Positions 24,690 through 39,842 of a stretch of DNA of 64,000 nucleotides are shown here, one piece after another. Under the pieces are notes generated by a model that was not told where the DNA came from, did not search any database, and saw nothing but the letters and a program-made list of their open reading frames with translations. Origin of the DNA: Octopus sinensis (taxonomy: Eukaryota); NCBI RefSeq assembly GCF_006345805.1, contig NC_043003.1, forward strand, positions 116,126,001 to 116,190,000. The letters are read 5' to 3'. The number at the start of each line of letters is the position of its first letter. The stretch's first letter is position 1. The translations under genes were made by a program, and so were the position numbers.

Positions 24690-25900
24690 TTCAATAAAAC
24701 AGTGACCCACAATATGCTAGCAGTGCCATTACTCTTACCAACATTTAGGCTGCCTGATTCCGCTTGATGAGATCCGATCCATTGATGTGAAAACCCGAAA
24801 AATACTAACAAACGCTCATAGTGTCCAAATAAAGGGTGACGTATTCCGCCTCTACCTAAAACGGAAACAAGGCGACAGAGACTTAACAACGATCCAAAAT
24901 GACTTTGAGTGTCGTATCATATCCCTTCGGCAACTCTTTTAAGCACCAAATGTCGAAGTACATCCCTTGACCAAGTTTGCATATATGTGGCTGATAGCAT
25001 CATAAGAATTGGAAGGCAGCTCCTTGAGCAACATCCTGATAACCTAGGATACATGCCCAAAGATGTCACACGACTCTACAGTATCGTATCATCACATGAA
25101 AGGATGAACTTATAGAACCAGAAAACTATGCATGGATATATTAGTAGAAAGCTCCGAGATGTTAGTAACATCGATCGTCAAAGCAGTTTATTATGGACCA
25201 GTAGCTGGATTACTACCCCTACCCCCTCCAAATTTAAAGGGTTTGCGTTTGCAATATAGAAACAGGAAATATCAACCTGATGCACAAACGGAAGAGATGC
25301 AGGAAAAGCAATAAAATGTAACAACCGATGCAGACATTGTGGAATTAACACGGAAGATATCACCCACATCATAAGCAGTTGTCCGAAAATGTCATCACAT
25401 TATTATCAACCGATGTGACATGATGTTATAGCTAGGATACCCTGTAATGAAATGCGTCGGAAAGATAGTTCAGTGGACAAAGAAATACGAACCCACAGTA
25501 TGGTGGTAGCCGTAGACATTCATAATAAAAAGGTGTACTGCTGGAATGTACCAGTGACGAGCTCAATAAAATGTAAGACTTGATATAATGATTCGAGATA
25601 GAGATGAGAAACTGCACAGTTGTAGAAAAAAAGAACACCCGCTGAAAAAGGGAATACCTGCGCTGAACTATCGAGAAATCTTCAGTTACTCTATCCAGAT
25701 TACAAGTTCAGGTTTATACCTGTAATTATTGGAGCCCTGGGATACGTAACACACTGCTTAAATACCAATTGTGAACAATTAGGCTTGTCAAAAACTGAAA
25801 GGAGAAAGCTAATTGGAAGACTACTACAGATCCAATCCATTACTGGAACTGTAGAAAATCTCTAGAACTTTCCGGAATTTTATCATTTAAATATATATGA
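24690..25900 (+). mobile_element. Decayed 3' half of an R4/Dong-like RLE retrotransposon between (CATA)n tracts
   Basis: YLKRKQG.R.LT; CRHCGINTEDITHIISSCPKMS (CCHC motif); LQLLYPDYKFRFIPVIIGALG; many stops. Confidence 0.8.
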
Positions 25901-26821
25901 GCATGCCTAGATATGCAAGTATATGCATGAGAATACATACATAAAGCAAAACATACAAATCTGCACATATTCATACATACATACACACACACATACATAC
26001 TTGCATACATACATACATACTTACGAACATACATACATACATGTATACGTACATGCAAAAGTACCTTGTTGTTGATGTTGAAATTCCAATGAAGTAGCCC
26101 TGAATCTAGGTTAGAAACCAGTTCTTTCTCTATTGGCAAGAAATCTTGAAATAAAACTGAACAATACCATACATACATACACACATGCATACATACGTGC
26201 GTACATACATATATACATGCATTCATACATATACATAAATATACGCTGATTTATTTGTCCTCATCTCAGTTATTACCGATAGCGCATTCGTACCATGGTA
26301 TATCTCCAAGTGACTGTCATATTCCTTAAATTTTGGAACAAAATAACCATTTATTCAAAAACTAGAGTTTAGGTGAGTCACAACATTGTTCATGCCCTGA
26401 AATACTTCTATTATACCTGTTGTACGGATTGATCTAATGAAAATATGGTATCCATACTGACGCTAATCATCAAAATGGTTGTACACTATTTTCATTGCCT
26501 TTCTTACTGTTTTTCGCATTTCGTTATTTTCACGTACTGTCAATTGAGTAACAGAAATTTTTGTATCTTTAATCCCAATCTTCCAATATTCTTTAATATT
26601 CACCCATCCACCCCCAAAATGAGTTACTGCTTAATTCAAGCTAGAATTGCGGATGTTGGTATCAAGCTTCAACAAATGCACTGATTCTTTCAGTCACTTT
26701 GTATTTCAAAGTTTTCTCTCCTCTTATATATTGAGGTAACAGCTGTTCACATTCTCTCCAAACTTTATTATCTTCTACAACAACGGGTTCAAAATATTTT
26801 TCTAATCTTCATTTTCTTGAA

Positions 26822-27249
26822 CTCTCTTTTACTCTTTCTTTTACTCTTTTACTTGTTTCAATCATTTGACTGTGGCCATGCTGGAGCACCACCTTTAATC
26901 GAGCAACTCGACCCCGGACTTGTTCTTTGTAAGCCCAGTACTTATTCTATCGGTCTCTTTTGCCGAACCGCTAAGTTACGGGGAATATAAACACACCATC
27001 ATCGGTTGTTAGCAATGCTAGGGGGACAAACACAGACACACAAACATACATGAACACACGCATATCTATATATACACATATTCGACGGGCTTCTTTCAGT
27101 TTCCGTCTACCAAATCCACTCACAAGGTTTTGGTCGGCCCGAGGCTATAGTAGAAGACACTTGCCCAAGGTGCTACGCAGTGGGACTGAACCCGAAACCA
27201 TGTGGCTGGTAAACAAGCTACTTACCACACAGCCACTTCTGCGCCTATC
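26822..27249 (-). mobile_element. SINE family A, full length
   Basis: Same diagnostic segments. Confidence 0.9.
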
Positions 27250-28144
27250 AGTCCTGTATTAACATCCCTCAGCGCAAGCTCAAGAGATGTTATGGGTTAT
27301 CATCTTTCTTTCACTGGAGGCATTTTTTTCGGGAGAGATAGCAATGAGTTAATTGTCAACATATCCCCAGTGACAAGTTTGATATTTCATCTTTTACTTG
27401 TATCAGTCAATAGAGTCTTTTTAGTCGCATGAATCGAACTAAATTTTTTTGAAGCCTGATTTCTATTTTCTCAGTTCCTATTTACCGAACTGCTACGGGG
27501 GCGCCTATTGTCAAGCAGTGGTGTGTGGCAGACACAGATACGAAGAAGCGCGAACACACAGAGACACACAATGGAATAATACTAATTTATTGATGACGAA
27601 CGAACACTCTTAGAAAATCCGAGAGCGTACCGAATGCTTACAGTTTCAGGGACCTTACAGGAGGCTTATCATTGAACAGTAATTTTAAGAGTTTGTGACC
27701 TCGAAAGACAAATGAGAAACTGCTATAAAATAAATTATTACCATCAATAATAAATGGATCAACGGGATGGCCAGCCACAATGTTATGGCGGTCGCTGTTG
27801 GGGAAATTCAGCTTTTGTTTTTAAATGAAATGTGCAGAAGCTCTATTGCAATCAACATTCTTGATATTTTCTATAATATTTTATCAAGAATATTACAAAA
27901 ATCCTTGCAAATGGAAGCCATTATGATGACAGGAAATGGGTTGCTAATCCGGATGTGAGAAGAATTTCATGGAAAACTAAATATTGTTTAATATTTGAAG
28001 AAATGTTCTGCAATTATTACAAGAAGTGAAGAAATTAAGCAATTAAAATAAGAAACATACTTTTTATTGAAATTAAGACGGTAATTATTTAAATGAACAA
28101 ATTTCATTTTAATGATAATTATAATGAAGACTGCAGTATTAGTG

Positions 28145-28395
28145 CTCACAGAATACTTAGCAGCATTCCGTCCGTCTTTCCGTTCTTCATTCAAATACCG
28201 CCAAGGTAGATTTTCCCTTTTATCCTTTCGGAGTCGATAAATTAAGTACCTGTTGCGTACTGGAGTCGATCTAATCGACTGGCCACTCCCCCAAAATTTG
28301 GGGACCTTGTACTTAGAGTAGAAAAGAATACTTAGCAGCATTCCATCCGTGTTTCCGTTCTTCATTAGAATTCCGCCGAGGAATTTTTCAGCCAT
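28145..28395 (-). mobile_element. SINE family B-related fragments
   Basis: TTTATCCTTTCGGAGTCGATAAATTAAGTACC domain and repeated ATACTTAGCAGCATTCC segments. Confidence 0.6.
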
Positions 28396-28399
28396 ACCG

Positions 28400-29420
28400 G
28401 TAGTTGAGTGACAGTACTTCCAAATACAACAATTACTGTTGGTTTCACATCTCCTCTCCTCATTGACCACAATTTTCGTATTTTCCCACTTCAAATCCTC
28501 GTTGTTGTCTTTCTTTTCTTTCTCTTTCACTTTCATCTTATTGTCACACAGGCATGCTATGTGGATTATCATGCATGTTCTTTCAATTGTTCGCCACCGC
28601 TATGACCGGTTTCCAATATCTGTTCAGGTGATCGCACTAAACCATTGCATCCCACGAGATTTTGCAATTGTTATTCAAGGTGGCTCCTCCTGGGGTTTTC
28701 TCATACCACGTCGTTCCTCTTTGTTGGCTTTGATTTCCACATATCTCACAATCCAGGATCTTTGTCACATTTTCATGTCGTCGTTTTGTATTAGCGTTGT
28801 GCTAATTTCGAGCATTCGCTAACGATGTGTCATACCGTTTCACCCCTCTCACCACACATTCTTCATTTGTTGCTATCGGCAGTGTTATAGATTCTGCACT
28901 TCACACAGTTTAGTCCTTAACTCTTGTTTGTGTTCTATGCCTATAAGTGCTTTTGTCAGCATCTTCTGGTCACTTCACCTCATCCATAACCACCGGCCTT
29001 CTGTATCTGTCTCGGTGTTCGTATCTCTTGCAAACTCACCGTACATTTTCTTTTCTTGTGTTCTTTCCTTCTTTGAGCTTCATGGTTTCCGTGTAAGTTA
29101 TGGCAGCATTGCTGTTTCCAAAGATTTATTTTCGTTTCCCTTTCAGAAATTAGATAGCACTCACATATTCAGGAACAATAATAAATTTAATTTCACCTCG
29201 ACTATTTTTAGCTTTAGCAATTTTGACTATATTGCTCCTGTTTAAAATCTCTTATCTACTTGACAATTGCATACTTAACTCTGCTTTGGGGGACGCTTTA
29301 CTTCTTGGACTCACGTTTTGGTGCGCAACGATGTTAAACTTCCGATTACAGCACCGTATGCAGGTCCTTTCTGCTTTCTTTTACGCACGGATGATTTTTG
29401 TCTATATCTCTTAATGCTCG
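28400..29420 (-). mobile_element. Decayed R4/Dong-like C-terminal fragment
   Basis: Minus-strand RMCGERGETV*HIVSECSKLAQR*YKRRH (CCHC motif), followed by endonuclease-region remnants. Confidence 0.75.
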
Positions 29421-29559
29421 TAAAGACCTTATATCAGTGGATGGACTAAAAAATGCCTTCATTGAGAAAACTGTCCATGCTGCCGCGGCAGATGACACAC
29501 ACACAGCATTACAAACACGGCCCGCACACCGACCTTCACATTCCATGACTACCATTGGG

Positions 29560-30560
29560 ATCAATCTGGGCAAGGATTCTGGATTATTTTCCCGTATTTT
29601 TACTGAATTTTTGAGGGCGATCGGCTTCATTTTTAGTATTCTCGTTTGTGAGGGCAGTCGTTTGTATTTCAGATATTTTTACTATCTGAGTGCTCTTGTT
29701 AGTATCATCCTCCTCCTCCTCCTCATCATCATCATCATCACCCTCATCTATGGCCAGTATTGCATCTTCTTCTTTAAACTTGATGTAATCAATTTTCGCC
29801 TCTTTGGTTATAGGGGAAGTGGCAAAGAATGCTGCTAGTTTATTCATTTTCCTGTGTCCTAGAGGTGCAGCGATCACACATTGGAACTGTTTGTTCAGTA
29901 TTTCACTTATCCACACTGGGGTTCCCGTGAGGGTGCCATCTTTTTGGAAGAGGGGTCCTATCTTGTTGAGTACTGACGCTGTTTCTTTGGCAAATTTAAA
30001 GAAAGCTTTAGGGTTCGACTTGATATTTTCGATTACCCGGACTTCTTTACCTCTTCTCTGTTTTTTTTGTGAGATTCATGCAAACTTTTCTAAATTTTCA
30101 ACAGCGTTCTCTCCAGGCGGGACTGTCCACTCCTTTTGAGGTGCTTGCTCAAACGGTTTGCAATCTTTGTCCGCAGTGTCGTAAGAATTTTCTTTTCCCT
30201 GAGGATCTTGTTTTTGTGAATGTTGACATTGTGTCCATGGACAGATTTGTCACATATGGTTTGCATTAAGGACGTGAAATGCTTGTGCTTCATGTCAATA
30301 TCCGGTATGAAGAGACATTTAAACCAATCATGTATGAGGATCTCTTCGTCGATCAACTTATAGTTTGCTTTATGAAAATTTAGTTAGGAGAGATTTTGTA
30401 TAGGCTGTACGTCTGCGAGGTTCTTTTGGTTCATAAATAGACAGCTCTATTATGTTGCGATCCGAGACATGTTTGTCTACTGTGAGCAACGATTTCACAT
30501 GATATCATTCATAAAATTGGCTACACTCTGTTATTACCTAATTTGTAAAATTCGACTGAG
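29560..30560 (-). mobile_element. CR1/L2-group LINE fragment (region between endonuclease and RT)
   Basis: IENIKSNPKAFFKFAK...KIGPLFQKDGTLTG.PVWISEILNKQFQ. Confidence 0.7.
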
Positions 30561-30689
30561 AGGCCATTCCACCCACTGACTGGGTGGGGAAACTGTTTGT
30601 TACCTCTACGATACAAAAGGCCATGGAAAGCTCTATGCTAGGAATATCACGAAGATTGCACATTCGAAATTAAAGATTTCGAGGACGGA

Positions 30690-30955
30690 GTAGAATGAAC
30701 GGTTTGATCACAGAGTACAGAAAGCATTTGTTACCTTGAATTGATCAAGTCGACAGAGAAGGGACCGGCTCATGCAGTGCCCGAACAGTATCCAAGCGAT
30801 CGAAAAAGACCACTTTGGAGGCTCATTAACGACGGCAAAACGATTCAGTCCAATCAATTCGAGTTAAGATGGAACAGAATCTTGGCGCCCGACAGAATCC
30901 AAAGCACATTGTGATCTGCGGTGTATCACAGCATCTGATGGCGTGGTTGGTACTG
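30690..30955 (+). mobile_element. RTE-clade LINE 3' fragment
   Basis: YPSDRKRPL...LAPDR remnant followed by TTGTGATCTGCGGTG...CTGATGGCGTGGTTGG, a tail shared with 43916-44085 and 54532-54810. Confidence 0.55.
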
Positions 30956-30958
30956 CCA

Positions 30959-31191
30959 GGGCGGCGAGCTTGCAGAATCGTTAGCACGCCGGGCGAAATG
31001 CTTAGCGGTATTTCGTCGGCCGCTACTTTCTGAGTTCAAATTCCGCCGAGGTCGACTTTGCCTTTCATCCTTTCGGGGTCGATAAATTAAGTACCGGTTA
31101 CGCACTGGGGTCGATGTAATCGATTTAATCCGTGTGTCTGTCCTTGTTTGTCCCTCTGTGTTTAGCCCCTTGTGAGTAGTAAAGAAATAGG
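30959..31191 (+). mobile_element. SINE family B, full length
   Basis: GGCGGCGAGCTTGCAGAATCGTTAG...GAGTTCAAATTCC...TTTCATCCTTTCGGGGTCGATAAATTAAGTACC...AAAGAAATAGG. Confidence 0.9.
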
Positions 31192-32564
31192 TACCGCGAT
31201 AGTGGATATACGAAACGTTCAATAAAAGGGACCAAAATATAGTTTAACTTGTGTGTATGCAATCTTCATAAGATATTAGCTGTCTACTTTGTATATAATA
31301 TCTCATTGGAGATATTATAGTGTTGGAGATAGTTGCCGTCATTCTGAAGTTTGGTTGTAGAGTTTCGTTTATCTACGAAAGGCTTCAGGTTATATTTTGA
31401 GCTATGCTAGTGTGGCTTTCAAATCTAAGTTCTCTCTCGTTCGTTTGACAGCGTGTTTATCAACGTGGTAAGACGTGATGAGTATCTCATCCTTAAACCA
31501 TAAAGCAACGTCATGGAAAGATTGACATATTCTGTTAATGCAGTCCAAGTTAAATGTAATTGCGTTAATATTTTATGACATGGTATGACGAAAGATCACT
31601 GCATTTGTGTTCCAAAGTCACAATAATAGCAGAAACAATAAGAAAATAGCATCAACTGCAACAAAAAGGGCTTCAACAGCAGCTGTTGTTGTGCTGTTAG
31701 TTCCTGGCATTTGCATGACATAATAACGTAGAGTTGATAACCTTGGACAGTTTTGTCCCGACCAGAACAACAAAACCTGTGCGTATTTCGAGGTTGCATT
31801 CGAACGACGGTCCAAGAAATTGCAAGCGAAAAAACATACGCTAAAACATTAACTTTTGATAGGTTATTCACAAGAGGTTTGATTAAAATTGGTGGTGGAA
31901 AATATTATGTAAATATAATTCAAATTATAATTGAAATAACCTTTAAAACAAACAACATTTAGGTAGGTTATCGAAGAAAGAACTTGTTAAAACCATTTCT
32001 ATTTTTCCTAGATCCATCTGATTCGGCAACTAAATATTTATGAACATTCTCATGAATATTATAATGATTTAAATCATGATCAATAAAATAATCATGAAGA
32101 TTATGACCATCATCAACATGATTGGTCGCACCATCGCTGCCATAATCGATATGAACATAAAGACCGCCATGACACTAATGAAGATAATTGTTATCATTAC
32201 CATACTTGTCATCGTATTATTCAAATAAGTAATTACAATCATCATCACCATCAAAACTCGCAGCCATAATTATTAATGCCATTATACTAGACATCATCAT
32301 CATAATCTTTTTCACTATCATTAATTATCACCAACAATTCCATCTGAATATTGGTTGTCTACCAATAATCAGTGACAGCAATAGCATCATTCCAGTCGCA
32401 GTCGTTTCCTCCACGAAGAATATATCGAAAGTAGCATACATAGAGGACAGATACGTTTATGGGTCCATGTTTCTCCCAAAGACTACCAACCTACATATTC
32501 AAAGACACTCGCGAACTGGTCAAGAAGAATATCTTAAAAATCTTATATGTATATACACTCATAC

Positions 32565-32644
<80 letters not shown>

Positions 32645-32663
32645 TTAATAAATTGTACATATA

Positions 32664-32704
<41 letters not shown>

Positions 32705-32773
32705 TATATATATAATTCATATTATTATTTAATTGAACGCCACGCATCCATTTCCAAGTAAGTATATATATAT

Positions 32774-33217
32774 ATTAATAGTTATCGCCATACTAATATG
32801 GCATTCTTATAAAAATAAGAATAAAGCTGTCCGCTTATTAGCTCCATGAGGCCATCGCCTTAAGTTAGCTATTTGATACACAAACTGTATCCATATAACC
32901 TTCGAACAAGGGAGGTCAGTCGCTCCACACTACTTGATCGACAGCTACAGACGCGTTTCGGGGTATTGCCCCTTGTCAATGTAGCGTAGTCAGACCAGTA
33001 GGTGTCGCTTCCGACTATCCCTGTTCGAAGGTTTTATTTACCTAGTTTCGGTGGAATACATCCACTTGTTTTCAATAATAGAAATATTAAAATTACTAAG
33101 TCTCTCTAAAAGAGAACACGGCAGCGTTCCTGGAAATTAATAGTTATCGCCATACTAATATGGCATTCTTATAAAAATAAGAATAAAGCTGTCCGCTTAT
33201 TAGCTCCATGAGGCCAT
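32774..33217 (-). mobile_element. 362-bp unit with 82-bp terminal direct repeats containing a hammerhead (retrozyme/pLTR-like), between (TA)n tracts
   Basis: Identical 82-bp repeats at 32774-32855 and 33136-33217. Confidence 0.85.
32944..32985 (-). ncRNA. Type I hammerhead ribozyme, U3-A8 core variant
   Basis: GCUACA-UUGACAA-GGGG(CAAUA)CCCC-GAAA-CGCG-UC|UGUAGC: 6-bp stem I, 4-bp stem II, palindromic stem III ACGCGU, GUC site. Confidence 0.85.
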
Positions 33218-33288
33218 GAAAAGTTCGGTGTGTGGTAAAGTGAATTTTTTTACGTTACCATATTTTTATAAATATATATATATATGTA

Positions 33289-33387
<99 letters not shown>

Positions 33388-33944
33388 TATTATATATATA
33401 TACGCACATACATATATATATACATGTATGATAATAGTTGTTTCAATAACTTTTTAAGTTTTGGAAATGTCTTCTAAATAGGTGAGCGGTCGAATGTCAT
33501 AGGTGTATCTGACTCTGAAACGTTAGCAGCAAAACTGCAACAGCAAAGGTGCAGGAAAGAAAACTGGGTCGGTGATAATTTGATCTCGAAATCTTAACCA
33601 AACTTTAAATGAATTTCAATGAAGAGTATATTAACGGTTTCTAAGAGGTATGCACTTCTCTGCAGGCCCTTTCATATACAACATAGCTAACTTGCAGCTG
33701 ACATACATTCTACTTGATTTAAAGAAATTATTGGATTAAAAACATTTGTAATATGCCCCCATTAAGGTGTGTACTTTAAACACTGAAAATCCCCCTTGAT
33801 CACTCCAGCTATAGCAAGCAACTACCTGTATTCCTCATATTGTAAAGATGAGAGATTACAATACATTTTTGTAAGAGCTCTGCTGATATTACACAAATTT
33901 AAGTTCCTACATTCTCATTACTACTGCATAAGAAATATGGTTAC

Positions 33945-34004
33945 GGACATGTAGACACACCAACATCGGTTGTCAAGCGATGGTGTGGGGACAGAGACAC
34001 ACGA

Positions 34005-34067
<63 letters not shown>

Positions 34068-34227
34068 TTACAGGCTTCTTTCAGTTTCCGTCAACCAAAT
34101 CCACTCACAAGGCTTTGGACAGCCCGAGGCTATAGTAGAAGACACTTGCCCAATGTGCCACGCGGTGGGACTGAACTCGAAACCATGTAGTTGAGAAACC
34201 AACCTCTTACACACAGTCACACCTGTG

Positions 34228-34230
<3 letters not shown>
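33945..34230 (-). mobile_element. SINE family A, 5' part
   Basis: Head and central microsatellite present; 3' domain missing. Confidence 0.8.
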
Positions 34231-34291
<61 letters not shown>

Positions 34292-34979
34292 AGGAACGGC
34301 CAAAGCAGTGTCTGCTCAGATCAGCGAACATAAGTTAACAATCATTATATATTTCAGTTTCTCAGTATGAAATCTTGTTTATCTCGTTGTGAATTTCGTA
34401 AAATTCTTTAAGTTCCTTCATGTCTTTTTGTTTTACTTTCTCAATGCCTATGTGTATGTTTGTGTTTTTGTGCATGTATTTGCAGTTCCTGATTTGCAAT
34501 TTACTTCATAGTTACTTAATTACGTAGAAATTCCGTTAGTTGCTGCTCGTAAAACCGCTGTCTTCACACATTTTCCCTTCCTGTGTTTTATACTTTTATC
34601 GATATCTCAGTGCTTTCTTTCCTGAAGCAAACACCCATCAATAACTATTTAACCTGGGCTCCTACTACATTCGATATTCATATAAGTTTTGTTTTTCTTA
34701 TTCTATTTAATCTCTAAATATGTTAAACAAAAAGTAAATCATACATTATTATATAAATATGCAAATACATAGCCAACCTCTCATTTTTTAGGTTTATCAA
34801 TTTTATCTTTTTATTGAATGCAGAAATACACATACGAGCATTTAGATCAGATATGCATACTTTATATATACAAATATCTTTACATATTCTGACGTTGCTC
34901 TGTGATATCTTTATATGCACAAATATCTTTTCATATTCTGACGTTGCTCTGTGATATAATTTCTAAATGAAAAACTACA

Positions 34980-35390
34980 CATAGGCGCAGGAGTGGCTGT
35001 GTGGTAAGTACCTTGCTAACCAACCACATGGTTCCGGGTTCAGTCCCACTGCGTGGTACCTTGTCAAGTGTTTTCTGCTATAGCTTCGGGCCGACCAAAG
35101 CCTTGTGAGTGGATTTGGTAGATGGAATCTGAAAGAAGCCTGTCGCATATATGTATATATATGTATGTATGTGTGTATGCTTGTGTGTCTGTGTTTGTCC
35201 CTCTAGCATTGCTTGACAACCGATGCTGGTGTGTTTACGTCCCCGTCACTTAGCGGTTCGGCAAAAGAGACCAATAGAATAAGTACTGGGCTTACAAAGA
35301 ATAAGTCCCAGAGTCAAGTTGCTCGACTAAAGGCGGTGCTCCAGCATGGCCGCAGTCAAGTGACTGAAACAAGTAAAGGAGTAAAAGAGA
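34980..35390 (+). mobile_element. SINE family A, full length
   Basis: ATAGGCGCAGGAGTGGCTGTGTGGTAAG...GGGTTCAGTCCC...GACTGAAACAAGTAAAGGAG. Confidence 0.9.
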
Positions 35391-35549
35391 GAGATTCCCT
35401 AAAATGCTACACATTTTTTTTTCAATTTGAAGCCACTGATTGTAATATAAGAAGATATCATTGATGCCATTATCTTTTCAGGAAAAATATAAACAGAAAA
35501 TTTAGTCAAGTATCCTTGACTAACAAAAAACAAATCTTGATATTTTTAA

Positions 35550-35771
35550 CCCTTTCGATACTAACCCGGCCAAAACCGGCTCTGGCTCTGTAATACAAAT
35601 GTCTTGTTTTCATAAGTTTTGAATTAAAATCTTCCACCAAACCTTAGTCACAATTTACGTTCCTAACACTAACTTAATGATAACTCAGTTATTTTACTAA
35701 ATTCTTTGTTATATTTACAATTAATTGAAAGAAACACAGAGCATCTCAACTGGAATACGGTAACGAAAGGG
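35550..35771. mobile_element. piggyBac-like MITE (222 bp)
   Basis: TTAA|CCCTTTCGATAC ... GTAACGAAAGGG|TTTT; right TTAA site degenerate. Confidence 0.7.
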
Positions 35772-36039
35772 TTTTTTAAAAATCATACTTTTAAATAGAT
35801 ATTTTAAAAAAAAGATTTATTTAAAGATCCTGTGTATTACGTATGATTACTTAATCTACTGTTAGTAATTTTCCTGAGATTATAAGCGAAGAGATTATAC
35901 ATTATGTGCTCCGTTTCCTATAGTAGCAAATCTACGATGTATGCATAAGATGAGGGAGAGAAGACATAACAGTGTTGAGAAATGTGAAGACGTTATTTAG
36001 ATGTGCTTCTCTTTTAGATGTTTATACTATCTTATATTT

Positions 36040-37101
<1,062 letters not shown>

Positions 37102-39211
37102 CTTCTTTATACTCTTATACATTCGAGGTTCACAAATTTTTTTATTAAAATTATGAATCATATTCCTTTCGATAATACCAATATGATTCCAAAACTTCTT
37201 TGTAGACGATATTTTCTGTTTGGTCGACACGAATTTTCAAATTACTGGAGTCCGTCGCTCTACATATAGCGACGTATAACTGTCCGTGTGTTAACATCGG
37301 AGTGGGTAAAAATACACCTACACAATCTAAACCTGGCCCTGTGATTTGTTTGCTGTGAATGCACGAGCAGAATCTTTAGGGTTGCAAAAAATAAACCTTT
37401 AGACTAACTTCTCTATGTTCTATGCGAATAAAACCTCGATGTTCTAGTACCATGGGGTAATTTGATCGACAAAGCCTAGATGCAAACAACATCCCGTTCG
37501 AATAGCTGTTTCGAATCCTGATCGAGAGTGACACTCTTCAATAACCACTTTATAATCACACACACAAAATACTGACACACACTTTTCCCATTTTATCTTC
37601 GCTACTAAACGTCCTCGTGACCCCCTTCGTATCTGCGATGGGGCCACGAACTATACGATGAAAGTCCATAATTACTCGTGGTCAGTGCATTTGTAATTAA
37701 AATGCGGAGGTGGTTTATGAATTCAAAAATCACTATTCACGAAATAATCATACTTTCTGATTTATTTTTTAACGCTAAAAACCTTCCTGGCGACCGTCTT
37801 TGTCATCCCGAAAAATATCGTATTGTGTACAGAGAACATAGTCTAAAGTATAGAAATCCAAGAGAGCTCCAAGTTTCCACTATAGTTAGTTGATGTGCAT
37901 AGTAAAACATTTGATGGTTTGTATTACTGAGTTTCGACAGCAAATATTATTGAAAACAATAAAGTCTCTTGTATTTATCATCATTTAGGAACTCCCTGGC
38001 CTCCAAGGTGTCTGGATTGTATACCGTATTCGGTTACATATACATAGTTCAATTTCGTATGATGAATATAATGGATGTGTCTCGTGGAACAAACACCCTT
38101 TTTCTTGCAGGACGTAAAATTCGAAGATTGCACCTGGGCAATGAAATAAGCTAATTACAAAGAAATGCTAAACAACCCCAACTATATTTGCAGATGACTT
38201 CCAAGGCATATACCTGGTCTTTCAATATTTCCCTCTGCTTCTATTAAATAATTTCATTTATAGCATTTTATAACAGCTCTCGATTAATCATGCTTCTTTT
38301 CAATATCCTTTACACCTCTCCTTCAATGGATTCATATAGTGTGTAACCATAACAATCACCGAACCAGGAACATGTTATCATATCACAAAATTTATATACA
38401 TACAAATCCATACATCGACGCAATATTTCACGCGGCATTTCATTACAAACAATACATAGAGCATTATCCTGACACAACTAATGCTACAGAAAACATTTAA
38501 TGATATTTGAAATATATTCACAGTCTAAAGTTGATAATATCTCATCTGCGCTGGTTCCTATAGAATATCTAAAATATTTAAAGATAATATTTCTATTGAT
38601 TATTCTGGAACAGAAGTACAAAAGAACTGTTTGGTTATTCATCATATGTGGAACCCAAAACAATATCTTTGATTTACACTTTTTCATTGTTATGCAAATT
38701 ATCAAGAACAGCGAACCATACAACTTGTTTTATATTTATCTCACTTCTTATATATGCATCTGTGTGTTTGTGCGTATCCTGCTCACGTATACGCAACACA
38801 CCCAAATACATAGAATACATCTGATTTCGGATATACAATAATATACACCTAGAAATCAGAACTCACATTATGCAGGTGTACGTATGAATGAATATATATA
38901 CATGTTTGAATGTGTTCGTGTGTATGTATGTTTGCGTGTGTATCAGTTCCTGTGTACATATGTGTGTGTGGGAGTATCTGTATATGGATGGGTGTATGTA
39001 CATCTTTGCATGATCGCTGTATGTGGCCGATTGGCCGCGTGCGCATGTATATGCTTGTTATGATATATGAATGCCTATACGCTTCTCGACGTGGGTGTAC
39101 CATTTGTTTCTAAGTTAAAAGTACAACATTTATATTCCCTATTCTCACCAGATTGTAATTATACATTCTCACTATCCTTATACAGAAATATGTATGAAGC
39201 TATCTTCTTTT

Positions 39212-39326
39212 ATACTTTTACTTGTTTCAGTCATCTGACTGCGTCCATGCTGGAGCACCGCATTTAGTCGAACAAATTCACCCCAACATCGGTTGTCAAG
39301 CGAGGTGTGTGGGGGACAGACAGACA

Positions 39327-39403
<77 letters not shown>

Positions 39404-39565
39404 GCATGACAGGCTTCTTTCAGTTTCCATCTACCAAATTCACTCACAAGGCTTTGGACAGCCCGAGGCTATAGTAGAAGACACTTGCCCAATGTGCCAC
39501 GCGGTGGGACTGAACTCGGAACATTGTAGTTGAGAGGCAAACTTCTTACACACAGTCACACCTGT
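39212..39565 (-). mobile_element. SINE family A with internal deletion
   Basis: Head and tail present; part of the 3' domain missing. Confidence 0.8.
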
Positions 39566-39703
39566 GCTATATATATATATATATATAATATATATATATA
39601 TATATAACGGGAAGCTTTATGAAAATAAACAAAAGACGAAGGCAGGTGGAGTACAAACGAACAAATGTATTAGTATGGTGCTCAGGAATATAAATAAAAC
39701 AAG

Positions 39704-39741
39704 TCTTTTACGTTTCGAGCCTACGCTCTTCAACAGAAAGA
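39704..39741 (-). ncRNA. Minimal hammerhead-like motif (A6 to U, extra A) in a (TA)n-flanked element
   Basis: UCUUU-CUGUUGA-A-GAGC(GUAG)GCUC-GAAA-CG-UA|AAAGA. Confidence 0.55.
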
Positions 39742-39776
39742 TACACAGAAAAGAAACACGGAGAGAAACAAGAGAA

Positions 39777-39842
<66 letters not shown>

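Noticed and set aside
30883-30895. TGGCGCCCGAC resembling a tRNA-Lys primer-binding site
   Set aside because: Lies within an RTE C-terminal coding remnant and no LTR is evident.
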